Made by a program: the position numbers and the translations under genes. Under the pieces are notes generated by a model that did no database searches, had not been told where the DNA came from, and saw only the letters and a list, made by a program, of their open reading frames with translations. From Kiritimatiellia bacterium (lineage in GTDB: Bacteria; Verrucomicrobiota; Kiritimatiellia; RFP12; UBA1067), in NCBI GenBank assembly GCA_050949565.1, contig JBMNFY010000021.1, positions 1 to 64,000 on the forward strand: 64,000 nt of DNA, written 5' to 3'. Below, one piece after another: positions 28,329-38,783 of the stretch (its first letter is position 1; each line of letters begins with the position of its first letter).

Positions 28329-29228
28329 ATGTATCTTATTGCCCTTTACGCTCTTCATATCGCCGCTCTGATTTTTTGGGTTCGCCTATGGTCGACACCG
28401 GCGCGCGAGTTTTACTTCAACCCCTTTCTTTCCGGCACGATTCGGCTGACGGACAACATCTTCGCGTTTCTGCGCCCGGTGCTGTTCATGCCGGAGCGTG
28501 CGGCGGCGTTGTTGCTCCTGCTTTTTGTCCTGGTCTTCAAAACGATTTTCGTCTGGCGCTTCGGTGGCGAGTGGTTGATACGGATCGGCCACAGTTTCAT
28601 GTTCGCCCCACCGCCCGCCAAAAATCACGCCGTCTCGCTGTTTCTGTTCAGTACCCTTCAGACGGTCGTGTTCATCCTACGGCTTTGGACCGTTTATCTG
28701 CTCGTGCGACTGATCACCCCCCCTGCCCGCACCTCGCGTGCCGGTGAGGCGCTGGCCTTCTTTGTCCGCCCTTTCTCTTATCTCCCGTTCCTGCTTCAAC
28801 CCATTGTCCTGCTGGCGCTGCACGGTGTGCTGGCCGTTATTCTGGTGCATGTCTGTGTGCTGAAACCGGTGATGATACAGAGTGCACAAGGCCCCATCAA
28901 CCCGTTCCTTACCGGGCCTCTTTTCGCGCAGGCACTGAAAATGGGGTGGCTGGCCGTACTCTCCTTCTGCGACGGCCTGATGTTTCTAACGCGCGGCCTG
29001 TTCGTGCTGATCATTGCCAGCTTCGGCGCAGCGCTGTTGCAAGCGCGCGGTGCCGTCATCATCTGTAGCGAGGGCGTAGAACTGCTGCTTGGACGTTTCG
29101 CGCGGCGCGGCGGCACCGGCATGGGATTGGACTTCACACCGCTGATCTTCTTTTTTGTGGTCGACCTGCTCTACTCCTCAATCGGTCAAGTCCTGACTCA
29201 ACTCATACACCTTCCCCTACTCAACTGA
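28329..29228 (+). CDS. YggT-like polytopic membrane protein
   Basis: Multiple TMs; C-terminal GLDFTPLI motif; adjacent to DUF167. Confidence 0.6.
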   Translation: MYLIALYALHIAALIFWVRLWSTPAREFYFNPFLSGTIRLTDNIFAFLRPVLFMPERAAALLLLLFVLVFKTIFVWRFGGEWLIRIGHSFMFAPPPAKNHAVSLFLFSTLQTVVFILRLWTVYLLVRLITPPARTSRAGEALAFFVRPFSYLPFLLQPIVLLALHGVLAVILVHVCVLKPVMIQSAQGPINPFLTGPLFAQALKMGWLAVLSFCDGLMFLTRGLFVLIIASFGAALLQARGAVIICSEGVELLLGRFARRGGTGMGLDFTPLIFFFVVDLLYSSIGQVLTQLIHLPLLN

Positions 29229-29233
29229 ACCCC

Positions 29234-29536
29234 ATGTCCTGGCTCACTCCAACATCTGACGGCTGCATCATCACGGTCAAAGCGACTCCGCGCGCAAACC
29301 GTTCCGAAATCATTGCAGCCGACCCCGACTGGCTACGTGTGCGCCTAAAGGCACCGCCGGTTGATGGCAAGGCCAACGCCGAATTGGTCGCCCTGTTCGC
29401 ATCTATTTTTTCTGTTCCCAAACGCGCGGTCGAAATTTTATCGGGCAGCACCGCGCGCCTCAAACGTGTTAAACTATACGGCGTCTCTGCCGAGACCGCA
29501 ATTGCTGTGGTCGCCCCATTCACCCATGACACCTGA
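29234..29536 (+). CDS. DUF167 (YggU-like) protein
   Basis: VRLKAPPVDGKANAEL and GSTARLKRV motifs. Confidence 0.88.
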   Translation: MSWLTPTSDGCIITVKATPRANRSEIIAADPDWLRVRLKAPPVDGKANAELVALFASIFSVPKRAVEILSGSTARLKRVKLYGVSAETAIAVVAPFTHDT

Positions 29537-31634
29537 TCATCCATACTTTTTTCGCCGCGTGTTATCCGCGCTGACCGCCATCCTGCTCGCGGGCAGCGTG
29601 TTCGGTGGCGCGTCGGTCTTTGAAATGCCGGACCTGCACGTGCGGCACATGCGCCTGCTGGCGCTGATGGACAAATCTCATCAAGAAGGCGACTACGTCA
29701 CCATGGAGGTCGCCAGCCGCGAAGGGATCAAAGCCGGCACCGCCGACGAACTCTGGCATTACAATCTAGCCTGCGCGCTGGCCTTGCAGGGCAAGCGCGA
29801 AGAAGCCCTCGATGCGCTCGACCACGCCATCACACTCGGCTTCCTCGACATTGAACACCTCACGCAAGATCCTGATCTCGCCACTCTACGCGACACCGAA
29901 GCCCTGAACACGCGCATCGCCCGCATGCGCGAACTGAGCGACGCTACCGACGAGAAATCGCGTCAGATCGCCGCCCTGGCGCCTGATGCCGACGGCACCG
30001 TCATGCAGAGCGCATCCAACACGCTCTGGAGCTTCGATGCCGCCCTATTTCACACGCGGGTGCTCCTGCCATCGAATCCGCCAGCCAACGCCGTGTATCA
30101 AGGTCCTGAAGCCGAACGAATCAACGCTTGGCTGCGCGAAGGAACGGCGACCGGCACAGCGGGCCTGCTCTATGTGAATCGCGACAACGATACGCAGGCC
30201 GTCGACCTCGCGCGTTTCCCTGGTATGACGCGCCTCGGCTATGTGCCGGAGATGGTCGACCGAAAACTCTCGATCGGCCTGCCGAACACGCTCTTCTCGC
30301 AACCGGGACTCTCGGGGCTGGTGCCGGTCATCGGACACTCCGCCATGGGTTACCTGAACTCCGCCTACTGGCGCAGCCAACCGCGCGCGGTCAGTTGCGA
30401 CTTCGAACAGGCCAGCCGACACTCGATCCTGCTGTTCGGCAACCAACTCTTCTTCTACCCTGCGTTCAGCGATTACACCATGCAGGGCGGTGACCTCTTT
30501 CCGGCCAACGTGCCCTCCTTCATCGCCGTCGCCGGGCAAAGTGGTGCCGAGCGGCCGTTCGTCGAGGCGGCCGTCGCCGCCCTCGCCGCGATGCGCCCAG
30601 AAACACGTGCCGAGTTGACACGGAGCTTCCTGCTCATGCCGACACTCTCGATGCTCTTCCGTGCCTCGCAAAAAACTGTGCGCCACCGTAGCGACTACCT
30701 GACCGGACGGGCACACCCGACTGTCTTCGACGGCAGCCGCTTAGATACTGCGCGACTGGTTGAAGCGGCTCACGCGCTGACGACCAACAACCTGCCGCCG
30801 CTGGTGCTGATCAACGTGCGCCGTGAAACACAGACGCAGGCTGATCGAGACTTCTTTGATCTCGCCGACTCCGAGCAGCTTCTTGATACGCCCGTGGCTG
30901 TCGCACGTGTCTTCCGCGGCATCGCCCGTACCCGCGACTACGAAATTCAGGCGCTATGCCGGCAGGACGACGTAAAACTCCACTGGGTCGTGCTGCACGG
31001 CGACCCGGCCAAGGTGACCTTCACGCCCTCGCCAACCAACGCCGCGCTCATGACCGTCACGGTGGCCCACCACACGCCGCCCTTCGACACCCCGCTCGAC
31101 GACGACACGCGCATTCGCACCTGCCGCGTAGACATCGGCGTGATCGCCGAGGCCGCCCAAACATTCTCCATGCCGGCGATCCTCAGCGTCTACTTTCTGG
31201 CAAATGAAAAGCGCTTTTATGCCGACGACGGACGTCCACTGGCTATCGACTACACGCGATCGCAGGCGGTTTATACCGATCCCCTGTTGAGTGTCATGCG
31301 CCACTGGAAGGATGTGTTCGAATACGACCCGCAGGGCAACCTCATCGGCTGGCGGCGCCTTCGCGGCTTCAACACGGAAACCTTCACCGCACACGGCCAC
31401 CGCGGCGTCGAGTTCGACGCATCCGGACGTGTAACGCGCGCGCACCTCATCCGCTACATGCCCCGCAAAATACAGAAAGACGAAGACGAAGAGAGCCTGC
31501 CCGAGCTGGCGCAAGTCGATGATGCGATTTCGATCACCTACCGTTACGCCAGCGAAAACGATCGCGTGGGCGAACCGGATATCACGGCATTGCCTCAGGA
31601 GATCCCGCCGTTCGGGATGTCCATCGACCCATGA
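29526..31634 (+). CDS. Secreted hypothetical protein with an N-terminal TPR-like module
   Basis: HYNLACALALQG...DPDLATLR TPR-end pattern after a signal-like segment. Confidence 0.7.
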   Translation: MTPDHPYFFRRVLSALTAILLAGSVFGGASVFEMPDLHVRHMRLLALMDKSHQEGDYVTMEVASREGIKAGTADELWHYNLACALALQGKREEALDALDHAITLGFLDIEHLTQDPDLATLRDTEALNTRIARMRELSDATDEKSRQIAALAPDADGTVMQSASNTLWSFDAALFHTRVLLPSNPPANAVYQGPEAERINAWLREGTATGTAGLLYVNRDNDTQAVDLARFPGMTRLGYVPEMVDRKLSIGLPNTLFSQPGLSGLVPVIGHSAMGYLNSAYWRSQPRAVSCDFEQASRHSILLFGNQLFFYPAFSDYTMQGGDLFPANVPSFIAVAGQSGAERPFVEAAVAALAAMRPETRAELTRSFLLMPTLSMLFRASQKTVRHRSDYLTGRAHPTVFDGSRLDTARLVEAAHALTTNNLPPLVLINVRRETQTQADRDFFDLADSEQLLDTPVAVARVFRGIARTRDYEIQALCRQDDVKLHWVVLHGDPAKVTFTPSPTNAALMTVTVAHHTPPFDTPLDDDTRIRTCRVDIGVIAEAAQTFSMPAILSVYFLANEKRFYADDGRPLAIDYTRSQAVYTDPLLSVMRHWKDVFEYDPQGNLIGWRRLRGFNTETFTAHGHRGVEFDASGRVTRAHLIRYMPRKIQKDEDEESLPELAQVDDAISITYRYASENDRVGEPDITALPQEIPPFGMSIDP

Positions 31635-31835
31635 CGCGGTCATGTTTAACGCAGAGGCGCAGAGACGCAGAGGTTTTTGGGGAGGGTACGGCTCGGATTT
31701 TTGGAACCGCCAAGGCGCCAAGAACGCCAAGGTTTTTTGAAGGGCGGTGAATTGTGCGAATTATGCGAACAGGGTAAACGCCTTGCGTTTAACGCGAAAG
31801 ATGATATAGTTGCAGACGGAAATCTGGGAGAGACT

Positions 31836-32114
31836 ATGATTCTGGGATATCGATGCCGCGATACCGAAGCGTTGAAACGGACAGGCGAAAGTCGCCGTTT
31901 CAAAGCAATCGAACGTGTGGCCCTGCGCAAACTCGATATGCTTGACGCTGCTGTCTCTCTCCATGCGCTTAGAGTGCCACCCGGCAACCAATTGGAAGCC
32001 CTTCGAGGTGATCGGGAAGGACAGTATAGCATCAGGATCAACCAGCAGTGGCGAGTTTGTTTCCGGTGGCGCGAAGGCAACGCTTATGATGTGGAAATCG
32101 TCGATTACCATTAG
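31836..32114 (+). CDS. higB: HigB-like toxin
   Basis: LRVPPGNQLEALRGDREGQYSIRINQQWRVCF and C-terminal DYH. Confidence 0.9.
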   Translation: MILGYRCRDTEALKRTGESRRFKAIERVALRKLDMLDAAVSLHALRVPPGNQLEALRGDREGQYSIRINQQWRVCFRWREGNAYDVEIVDYH

Positions 32115-32122
32115 GTGCTGTT

Positions 32123-32419
32123 ATGATCAGAACAAAAAACCTTATTCATCCCGGGGAGATTCTTGCGGAAGAATTTTTAATCCCTATGGGAATCAGTCAA
32201 AACCGCTTGGCAATGGAGATCCGCGTGCCTACCCCTCGGATCAATGCGATCGTGCGAGGGCGTCGGGCAATCAGCGCGGACACGGCTCTGCGTCTCGGAC
32301 AATATTTTGGAACCGGGCCTGAGTTCTGGATCAACCTCCAGTCCGCCTACGACCTGTGTGTTGCCGCCGCCCAATCCCAAAAAGAGATCGAAACACTCCC
32401 CGTGCTGACATCCGTCTGA
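32123..32419 (+). CDS. higA: HigA antitoxin
   Basis: HPGEILAEEF, ISADTALRL and FWINLQ motifs. Confidence 0.92.
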   Translation: MIRTKNLIHPGEILAEEFLIPMGISQNRLAMEIRVPTPRINAIVRGRRAISADTALRLGQYFGTGPEFWINLQSAYDLCVAAAQSQKEIETLPVLTSV

Positions 32420-32443
32420 CACCCAATCAGCGTTCCTAAGTCA

Positions 32444-34020
32444 TCAACTAACGTGAAACGCCTTTTGGCAGACCCCGCAGATTACATCCTCGTGCTGCAC
32501 ATCAGGAGGGCAGTCGACAAGGACACCGCACTCCGCGCAGGCCACGACCTGTTCGGCTGGCGTATTGATCGTTACAGCGGCCAAAACCCTTGGTGCTGAA
32601 GCATAAGCAGGAGAGACATGTTGCGGGGGGGGCTCTTGGCGCGGAAGAGGAGTTGGAGAGCGCACCGGCTGCCTTTTTGAGGTGACGGGTATCATGACCT
32701 CAACCTTACGCGTGGCCGCAATAGCGTTCACAATGAATTTCAGAAGTATGCCAGCACTGATCAGAATCCCAGCGCCAAGCAGTAACCAACGAGTGCGCTT
32801 CGCCTTTTTTTGGTGAGCGGCCAAAGCCGCATCCTCAGCGGCGACTGCCTCTTTAAGTTCGGCCAGTAACAAGCGTGCCTCAACGCTGTTGGACGCATCA
32901 GGGTGGTCGATCAGAAATTGCTGAATTGCTGCTAAAGCAGCACGCTTGGATTGTGTGTCGCGAATGGCTTGTAAGCTTTCTTTTTGCCGTTGCGCCTCTT
33001 GTTCTTTCGCTAAAGCGAGCTTCCGTTCTCGCTGCTCTTTTTCTTGGGTCAACGCTTCAAGTTTGTGCATCTGCTCGGCAAGCATTGCTGACACCTGCTC
33101 GCGATTGAGGGCAACTGGATAGGCATCCAAGCACCCCTTCAAGGCAGAGACCCTCTTTTTCGCATCGTCAAGCTCTAGCGCATCTTGGAAAGACTTCTCA
33201 CAGTCTACGGTCTGCTGCAGGAGCGCCGTGGTATCCCGGCACAACTCAACCAGTCCCTGACGTGCAGCAGCAGTGCGAACACCCTTGGCCGGAACCCCCG
33301 CGCATGTGGGGCATTTCCGAAAGCCGCTTGTTGTACCCTGTCGGCCGCGGCATTGCGGACACTTCCCGGTGCTGCTACAGTCGGTGCATTTTTTTTGCTG
33401 GAGGCGCGTCGGCTCTTTTTTGCCGTAAGCACGCTGTCTTGAAGCGGAGCTTGGATAGCATTGGTAGCACCAGACGTGATATCTGTCTCCATCGTAAACG
33501 GGACGGGGCAATCGATTCAATTGCGGAATAGTCCATGTTTTTCTGCAAAACCCACAATACTTAGTATTCGCCGTATCCTTCACACTTCGTACATTTCCCG
33601 CTGTTACTACATGTCGAGCAAATTGCAGATTTTTCGTACTGGCACGCTGCCGGTCCCGCCACATGTCGAACAGGGTTCAGGGAAGAGGTCGAGGTTATGC
33701 AGGTACTCAATAACAGGCGAGCTTGGATGACGGTTGCGAATAGAGAGAAAGCCGCCCTGACAGACGGCTGCATTCCCCATCGCTCCCATGTGCAATGTGT
33801 AAATGCCCATGCAGCGCGTAACAACATCTTGGTGACCTTCCGAGCGTGCGACCCCGTAAATGACCTCAAACGCATTTGTGTCGGCGTAGTTGGCCTGATA
33901 GTTCTTGAGTGCCGCCAACAGCTCTGGATAAGTCGTATCTGCGCAGGCGACCATATCTGCAAACACAAAAAGCATGGATGATACAATTTTTCTTTTCACG
34001 ACGACGCCTCTTCTTGACAT
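32444..34020 (-). pseudogene. Cys-rich (CxxCxGxG) membrane protein split by two apparent +1 frameshifts
   Basis: Coding sense passes through three frames near 33632 and 33563; joined product has a signal-like start, zinc-finger repeats, coiled coil, TM helix and C-terminal zinc ribbon. Confidence 0.6.
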
Positions 34021-34197
34021 TTCACGCATTGCTATCACTGACAATATGACAGAGTCCTTTCTCCAGTTGCGAACACCTTACTATGTTCCCAAAACAGGAA
34101 CAGGCCGATTTTGCATTTTTTGATTTTTACCAGTGAGCAACATAAAGAGCGTTCCGTTTTTGGGAACACCGCGCTTGCGACTCTATACTTGTCGGGT

Positions 34198-34446
34198 ATG
34201 AAAACCATCCACTCCGCCGAGTACCGGGCTCTGCTGGGCTGGCTGCGCGAACAGCGCCAGTCCCGTGGGCTGACCATGCGCGCTGTGGCGGCGAAGCTGG
34301 ATGTCCCCCACTCGTGGGTGTGCAAGATCGAGACCGGCGAGCGGCGGCTGGATGTCTGCGAATACCTTGCCCTATGCCAGGCGATCGGTTGCGACTACCA
34401 GAAGGGGATGCGTACGCTCATGGACGCGAGAGGACGGGGCAGGTGA
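34198..34446 (+). CDS. XRE-family HTH regulator
   Basis: MKTIHSAEY, GLTMRAVAAKL and KIETGERRLDV motifs. Confidence 0.85.
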   Translation: MKTIHSAEYRALLGWLREQRQSRGLTMRAVAAKLDVPHSWVCKIETGERRLDVCEYLALCQAIGCDYQKGMRTLMDARGRGR

Positions 34447-34680
34447 CTTCCGATTCGTTCGTCCCGCGCCAAGGCTCGCCGGGAATCCGAGAGAATCGTA
34501 AGCGACACTGGCCTTCAGGAGCGGGGTGATGTCACCTGAGAAGACGGAGGCGGACTGTTTGTCGAAGAAGGGGGCATGCCGACTCCTAAAAACAATCTGC
34601 ACAGGAGGGCAATAATTGCCCTTGTGTGCAGACTGAGTTACCGGAAGGAACGTTGGTTTGTCCTCCGCGCTGTGCACGGA

Positions 34681-34966
34681 CGGCGGCTCGTGGGGACACT
34701 CGCCCTCCAGTGCTACGGTCTGGGCTCGCGAAGCGCCGGGCAAGCGTCTGCTTGCCCGCGGACGAGCAGACGCTCGTCCCTCCCCGGCGGCGGTTACGCC
34801 GCCACCCCGTAAAAAATCTCTGCGCCTCTGCGTCTCTGCGTTAAAAAACTCTCAACTTCCAACGCTCAACTCCCAACGCTCAACGTTCTGCTGGCGGGGA
34901 CGCCCGGCGTCCGCCCTGCCGCCCGTTTTTACACTCGTCATTGCGACCACTGCGTGGTCGCAATAA
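34681..34966. repeat. Composite intergenic repeat block
   Basis: Modules shared with 28040-28256 and 50185-50220; heptamer AACKYTC-like tandems. Confidence 0.75.
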
Positions 34967-34971
34967 CAGGG

Positions 34972-35469
34972 TTAATCCGCCGTTCGGGCTGGCTGTTTCT
35001 CCTTGAACGCGTACGGCACGACCAGCACGGGGCAGCCCGCCCGCCGCACCACCTTGCCGGTCACGTTTCCGAGCAACCACTGCGTGATCGCGCCGCGCCC
35101 TTGACGCCCGATCACAATCAGATCCGAGTTGTCCTGGGCCGCAAAGTCGAGGATCGCCCGCGCCGCGTCGCCGATGCGCATCTCTACCTCAAACGTCACA
35201 CCTTCTGGCACACGCGGGCGGTAATCGGTATCGACCGTCCGATCAATGTCCTCGCGCGCCTTCGCATCCATGTCGCCCACTTCATAGATGTACCCCTTCC
35301 AGAACTGCGCGTCCGGCTCGGGAATCACATGCAGCAGCGTCAACGTGCAGTCGCCGTTGCGGACCGCGGCATTGATCGCGAAGTCAAAGGCGAACTTCGC
35401 GTTGTCGGAGAAGTCCGTGCAGAAAAGGATCCTCCGATAATGACCGACACGCAAGACTGATTCATTCAT
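34972..35469 (-). CDS. Universal stress protein
   Basis: RILFCTDFS, DLIVIGRQGRG and LLGNVTGKVVR motifs. Confidence 0.9.
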   Translation of the reverse strand: MNESVLRVGHYRRILFCTDFSDNAKFAFDFAINAAVRNGDCTLTLLHVIPEPDAQFWKGYIYEVGDMDAKAREDIDRTVDTDYRPRVPEGVTFEVEMRIGDAARAILDFAAQDNSDLIVIGRQGRGAITQWLLGNVTGKVVRRAGCPVLVVPYAFKEKQPARTAD

Positions 35470-35578
35470 GACGTCCTCCTTTTCCTGACCATAACTTCAA
35501 AGTTGAAAGTTGAGCGTTGAGCATTGAACGTTTTTAACGCTGAACATCGAACTCTGAACTCTGAAAAGACACAAAGCA

Positions 35579-36880
35579 TCAATCCAATACCGACGGCAGC
35601 CACGTTGCAAGCTGCGGGAAGACCATCAACAGCACGCAGGCAACCGCCAACGCCAGCAGAAAGGGCATGGCGCCGCGGAACACCGTCTGCAGCGACAGAC
35701 TGCGATCAATGCCGCTCACGACATACACATTGACCCCGACCGGCGGTGTAATGACGCCCATCTGCGTCACCAGCACAATGATAACACCAAACCAGATCGG
35801 ATCATACCCCATTCCGATCACCACCGGATAGAAGATCGGGACCGTGAGCAAAACCAGCGCCAGCGAATCGATAAAGCACCCCGCAGCCAGATAGAAGAAA
35901 AGGATCAAGATGATGATGACGGTCGACGGCACCGGCAGATGCGCCAGCCAGCCAGCGAACTGCGTGGGCATGCCCGTCAGCGCCAGAAAGTGGCCAAACA
36001 CCGTCGCCCCGGCCACGATCACCATCACCATGCACGAGGTCCTGACGGTTTCCTGCGCCGCCTGCCAAAGCTTGGCGACGGACACGTTACGGCCTGCGAC
36101 GGCAATCGCCACGCTGCCGGCCGCACCCATGGCCGCCGCTTCCGTCGCCGTGAACCAACCGGCAAACATGCCGCCCATCACGAAGACAAAGAGAATCAGC
36201 GTCTCAATCACACCGCCCAGCTTGCGGAAACGCTCGCGCCACGGCACACTCGTAGCCGGCGGTGCCAACCTGGGATTCAGCCAGCACTGCACGCTGATGA
36301 CAACGCAGAAAAGCACCGCGACGAGAATGCCGGGAATCACGCCCGACATGAAGAGCTTGCCGATCGACTGCTCGGTCAAGATACCGTACACGATAAAGAC
36401 CACACTGGGCGGAATCAGCATCCCCAGACCGCCGCCCGCCGCGACCGTGCCGCTGGCCAGCGCATCGTCGTACTTGTAGCGCCGCATCTCCGGCAACGCC
36501 ACCGCCGCCATCGTCGCCGCCGTGGCCGGCCCCGAACCGCAGATCGCGCCGAACGCCGCACACGCGCCGACCGTCGCCATCGCCAGACCGCCGCGCAGAC
36601 CAGAAAGCCAACTGTTCGCCGCCGCGAAAAGGCGTCGGCTGATCCCGCTGTGAAACGCGACCTGCCCCATGAAGACAAACAGCGGGATGACGGTCAGGTT
36701 GTAGTTTGCAAAGACATCGTACAGGTCGGCAGAAAGCAACGCCAGCGCCGATTTGAAAGAGATGATCAGCGCGCACCCCACCACGCCCACCACCGCCATC
36801 GAGATCGCCACCGGCAGGCTGCACACCAGCAGCACGACCAACGCGACAACCCCCAAAACGCCGATCATTGTCAGACTCAT
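35579..36880 (-). CDS. dctM: TRAP transporter large permease
   Basis: IPLFVFMG, GMLIPPS and ITPPVGVN motifs. Confidence 0.92.
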   Translation of the reverse strand: MSLTMIGVLGVVALVVLLVCSLPVAISMAVVGVVGCALIISFKSALALLSADLYDVFANYNLTVIPLFVFMGQVAFHSGISRRLFAAANSWLSGLRGGLAMATVGACAAFGAICGSGPATAATMAAVALPEMRRYKYDDALASGTVAAGGGLGMLIPPSVVFIVYGILTEQSIGKLFMSGVIPGILVAVLFCVVISVQCWLNPRLAPPATSVPWRERFRKLGGVIETLILFVFVMGGMFAGWFTATEAAAMGAAGSVAIAVAGRNVSVAKLWQAAQETVRTSCMVMVIVAGATVFGHFLALTGMPTQFAGWLAHLPVPSTVIIILILFFYLAAGCFIDSLALVLLTVPIFYPVVIGMGYDPIWFGVIIVLVTQMGVITPPVGVNVYVVSGIDRSLSLQTVFRGAMPFLLALAVACVLLMVFPQLATWLPSVLD

Positions 36881-37386
36881 GACCGCACCATCTCCCGTCC
36901 CGGATAGATCAAATGAAACACGACCACCACCGCCGTGACCGCAAAAGAGACCGCCATCAGCCACGGCACCCAGAAGATCGGCAACTCAATCGTATCGGTC
37001 ACCTGACCACTCTTCAGAAAGCGCACACCGTAGCCGACACACTCATACGCCGCCAGCGCAAAGCCGACGATCATCAATAGCCGCATCAGCGAGTCCACCA
37101 CAAGACGCCAGCGGCGGTTCAAGCGTTGGAAGAAGTATTCGATCGCGACATGCCCCTTCATGGCAGTCGTCATCGGCAATGCGCACGCGATGGTGACCGC
37201 ACCGGCGACCCGCACCACGTCATACGCGCCCTTGACCGGCACGCCGCACACGCGCAGCACCACATCCAGGCACGTCACCACCATCATCGTCAGCAGACCG
37301 ATCACCGAAATCGCCGTCATGACGTATCCGACCCACACCACCGCTCGCCAGAAAGGCCCCAGCGGCATTCTTCTCGGTTTTCGCAT
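36877..37386 (-). CDS. dctQ: TRAP transporter small permease
   Basis: Four TMs, GHVAIE motif, operon position. Confidence 0.85.
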   Translation of the reverse strand: MRKPRRMPLGPFWRAVVWVGYVMTAISVIGLLTMMVVTCLDVVLRVCGVPVKGAYDVVRVAGAVTIACALPMTTAMKGHVAIEYFFQRLNRRWRLVVDSLMRLLMIVGFALAAYECVGYGVRFLKSGQVTDTIELPIFWVPWLMAVSFAVTAVVVVFHLIYPGREMVRS

Positions 37387-37391
37387 AATTT

Positions 37392-38438
37392 TTACTTCCC
37401 GTGCGCCTCGCGCGCTTCCGCCACCTGTTTCTTGAGAGCCTCCAGAAAAGTCGTGCCGGGCAACTTCCTCGCATCCGCGCGGGCGGCATAATCGGTGAGC
37501 AGCGGCGTCACACGCGCCGTCCACGCGGCCTGCTCCTCAGCACTCAGCTCAATGATTGAACGCTTCAACTCTTTGACAAACGCGAGACCCTCGGCGTCCG
37601 CCGCGTTCCAGGCCTGGCCGTGTTTATCCACCCACTCAGCCGAGACCTCCTCAAAAACCCGCTGAATGTCCGGCGGCAGCGCATCCCACTTCTCCTTATT
37701 CATCACCACAAAAAAGGTAGTCGTGTATCCAACGCAGCGCGAATCCGTCAGGCTCTGAATCACCTCGCCCTGCTTCCACCCCTTGAGCGTCTCCACCGGA
37801 CAGAAGGTCGCCTCGACCACCCCCTTCTGCAACGCCTCATAGGTCTCGCCCTGCGGCATGCTGATCGGCGAGCCACCCAGACTCTCCGCAAGCCGCGAGC
37901 AGAAACCAGTGGCGCGAATCTTCATGCCCTTGAGATCGGTCAGCCCCGTCACCGGTTTTTTCGACGCCAGGATGCCGGGGCCGTGCGCATGGACATAGAG
38001 CAGCTTAACATCCTCCAGTTCCGCCGGATCGAATTGGGCGGTAAGCGCATTCGCGATCCGCGTGGCACTGACACCGTCCGGATATCCCACCGGCTGATCC
38101 AATCCCGCCAGCAACGGGAAACGGCCGCGCGTATAGGCAAAGGCACTCATACCGAGGTCCGATATGCCGGACACCACGCCCTCATAGCACTGGTCGGCCT
38201 TGGTCAGCACCCCGCCCGCGAACAGCATGATCTTCACCTTGCCGCCGGAACGCGCCTCGACGGCCTCAGCCCACTCGCTGGCCAGCTTGGCCTGCACATG
38301 CGTCGGCGGGAAAAAAACACTGTAGGTCAGCCGCATCGGCTTCGCGGCACCCGCCGCAGCGCCGTCCTGCCGACCGCAACCGCAGATCGTCAGCACGCCC
38401 AAAAGAGCCGACGCACCTACTAGACAAAAACTTTTCAT
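37392..38438 (-). CDS. dctP: TRAP transporter substrate-binding lipoprotein
   Basis: Lipobox-like CGC; [19 protein letters not shown] and [10 protein letters not shown] motifs. Confidence 0.9.
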   Translation of the reverse strand: MKSFCLVGASALLGVLTICGCGRQDGAAAGAAKPMRLTYSVFFPPTHVQAKLASEWAEAVEARSGGKVKIMLFAGGVLTKADQCYEGVVSGISDLGMSAFAYTRGRFPLLAGLDQPVGYPDGVSATRIANALTAQFDPAELEDVKLLYVHAHGPGILASKKPVTGLTDLKGMKIRATGFCSRLAESLGGSPISMPQGETYEALQKGVVEATFCPVETLKGWKQGEVIQSLTDSRCVGYTTTFFVVMNKEKWDALPPDIQRVFEEVSAEWVDKHGQAWNAADAEGLAFVKELKRSIIELSAEEQAAWTARVTPLLTDYAARADARKLPGTTFLEALKKQVAEAREAHGK

Positions 38439-38783
38439 GTGCCACAGTGTATCCCGCCCCGCCCCCATAAACAACCCGATTTTCTCACAAAGTTAATCGG
38501 AATCGCTATCGGTATCGTCCCATCCCCGTCCGAATTTTTATTTGAGCGTTGAGCGTTAGACGTTGAAAGTTTTTGACTCAGAACATCTCAGAAGCGGAAA
38601 AGTCCCAACTCCTGAGTCCTAAACCCTAAATGACAACTCCGCCGGGTGCCTTCGCCCGGCGGTTTTGCCTTGCGGGGAAAACGCGTTTGGGCGTATACTA
38701 GCCTCAATCACTGTGCGAGTCGGCACACGGTGGGGACCCCACGGAGGTTTTTCCGCATCTCACACGAATACGGAATTGACAGT

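Noticed and set aside
38636-38668. GC-rich hairpin upstream of the Gfo/Idh/MocA gene as a riboswitch
   Set aside because: Only one stem is visible; no recognisable aptamer consensus
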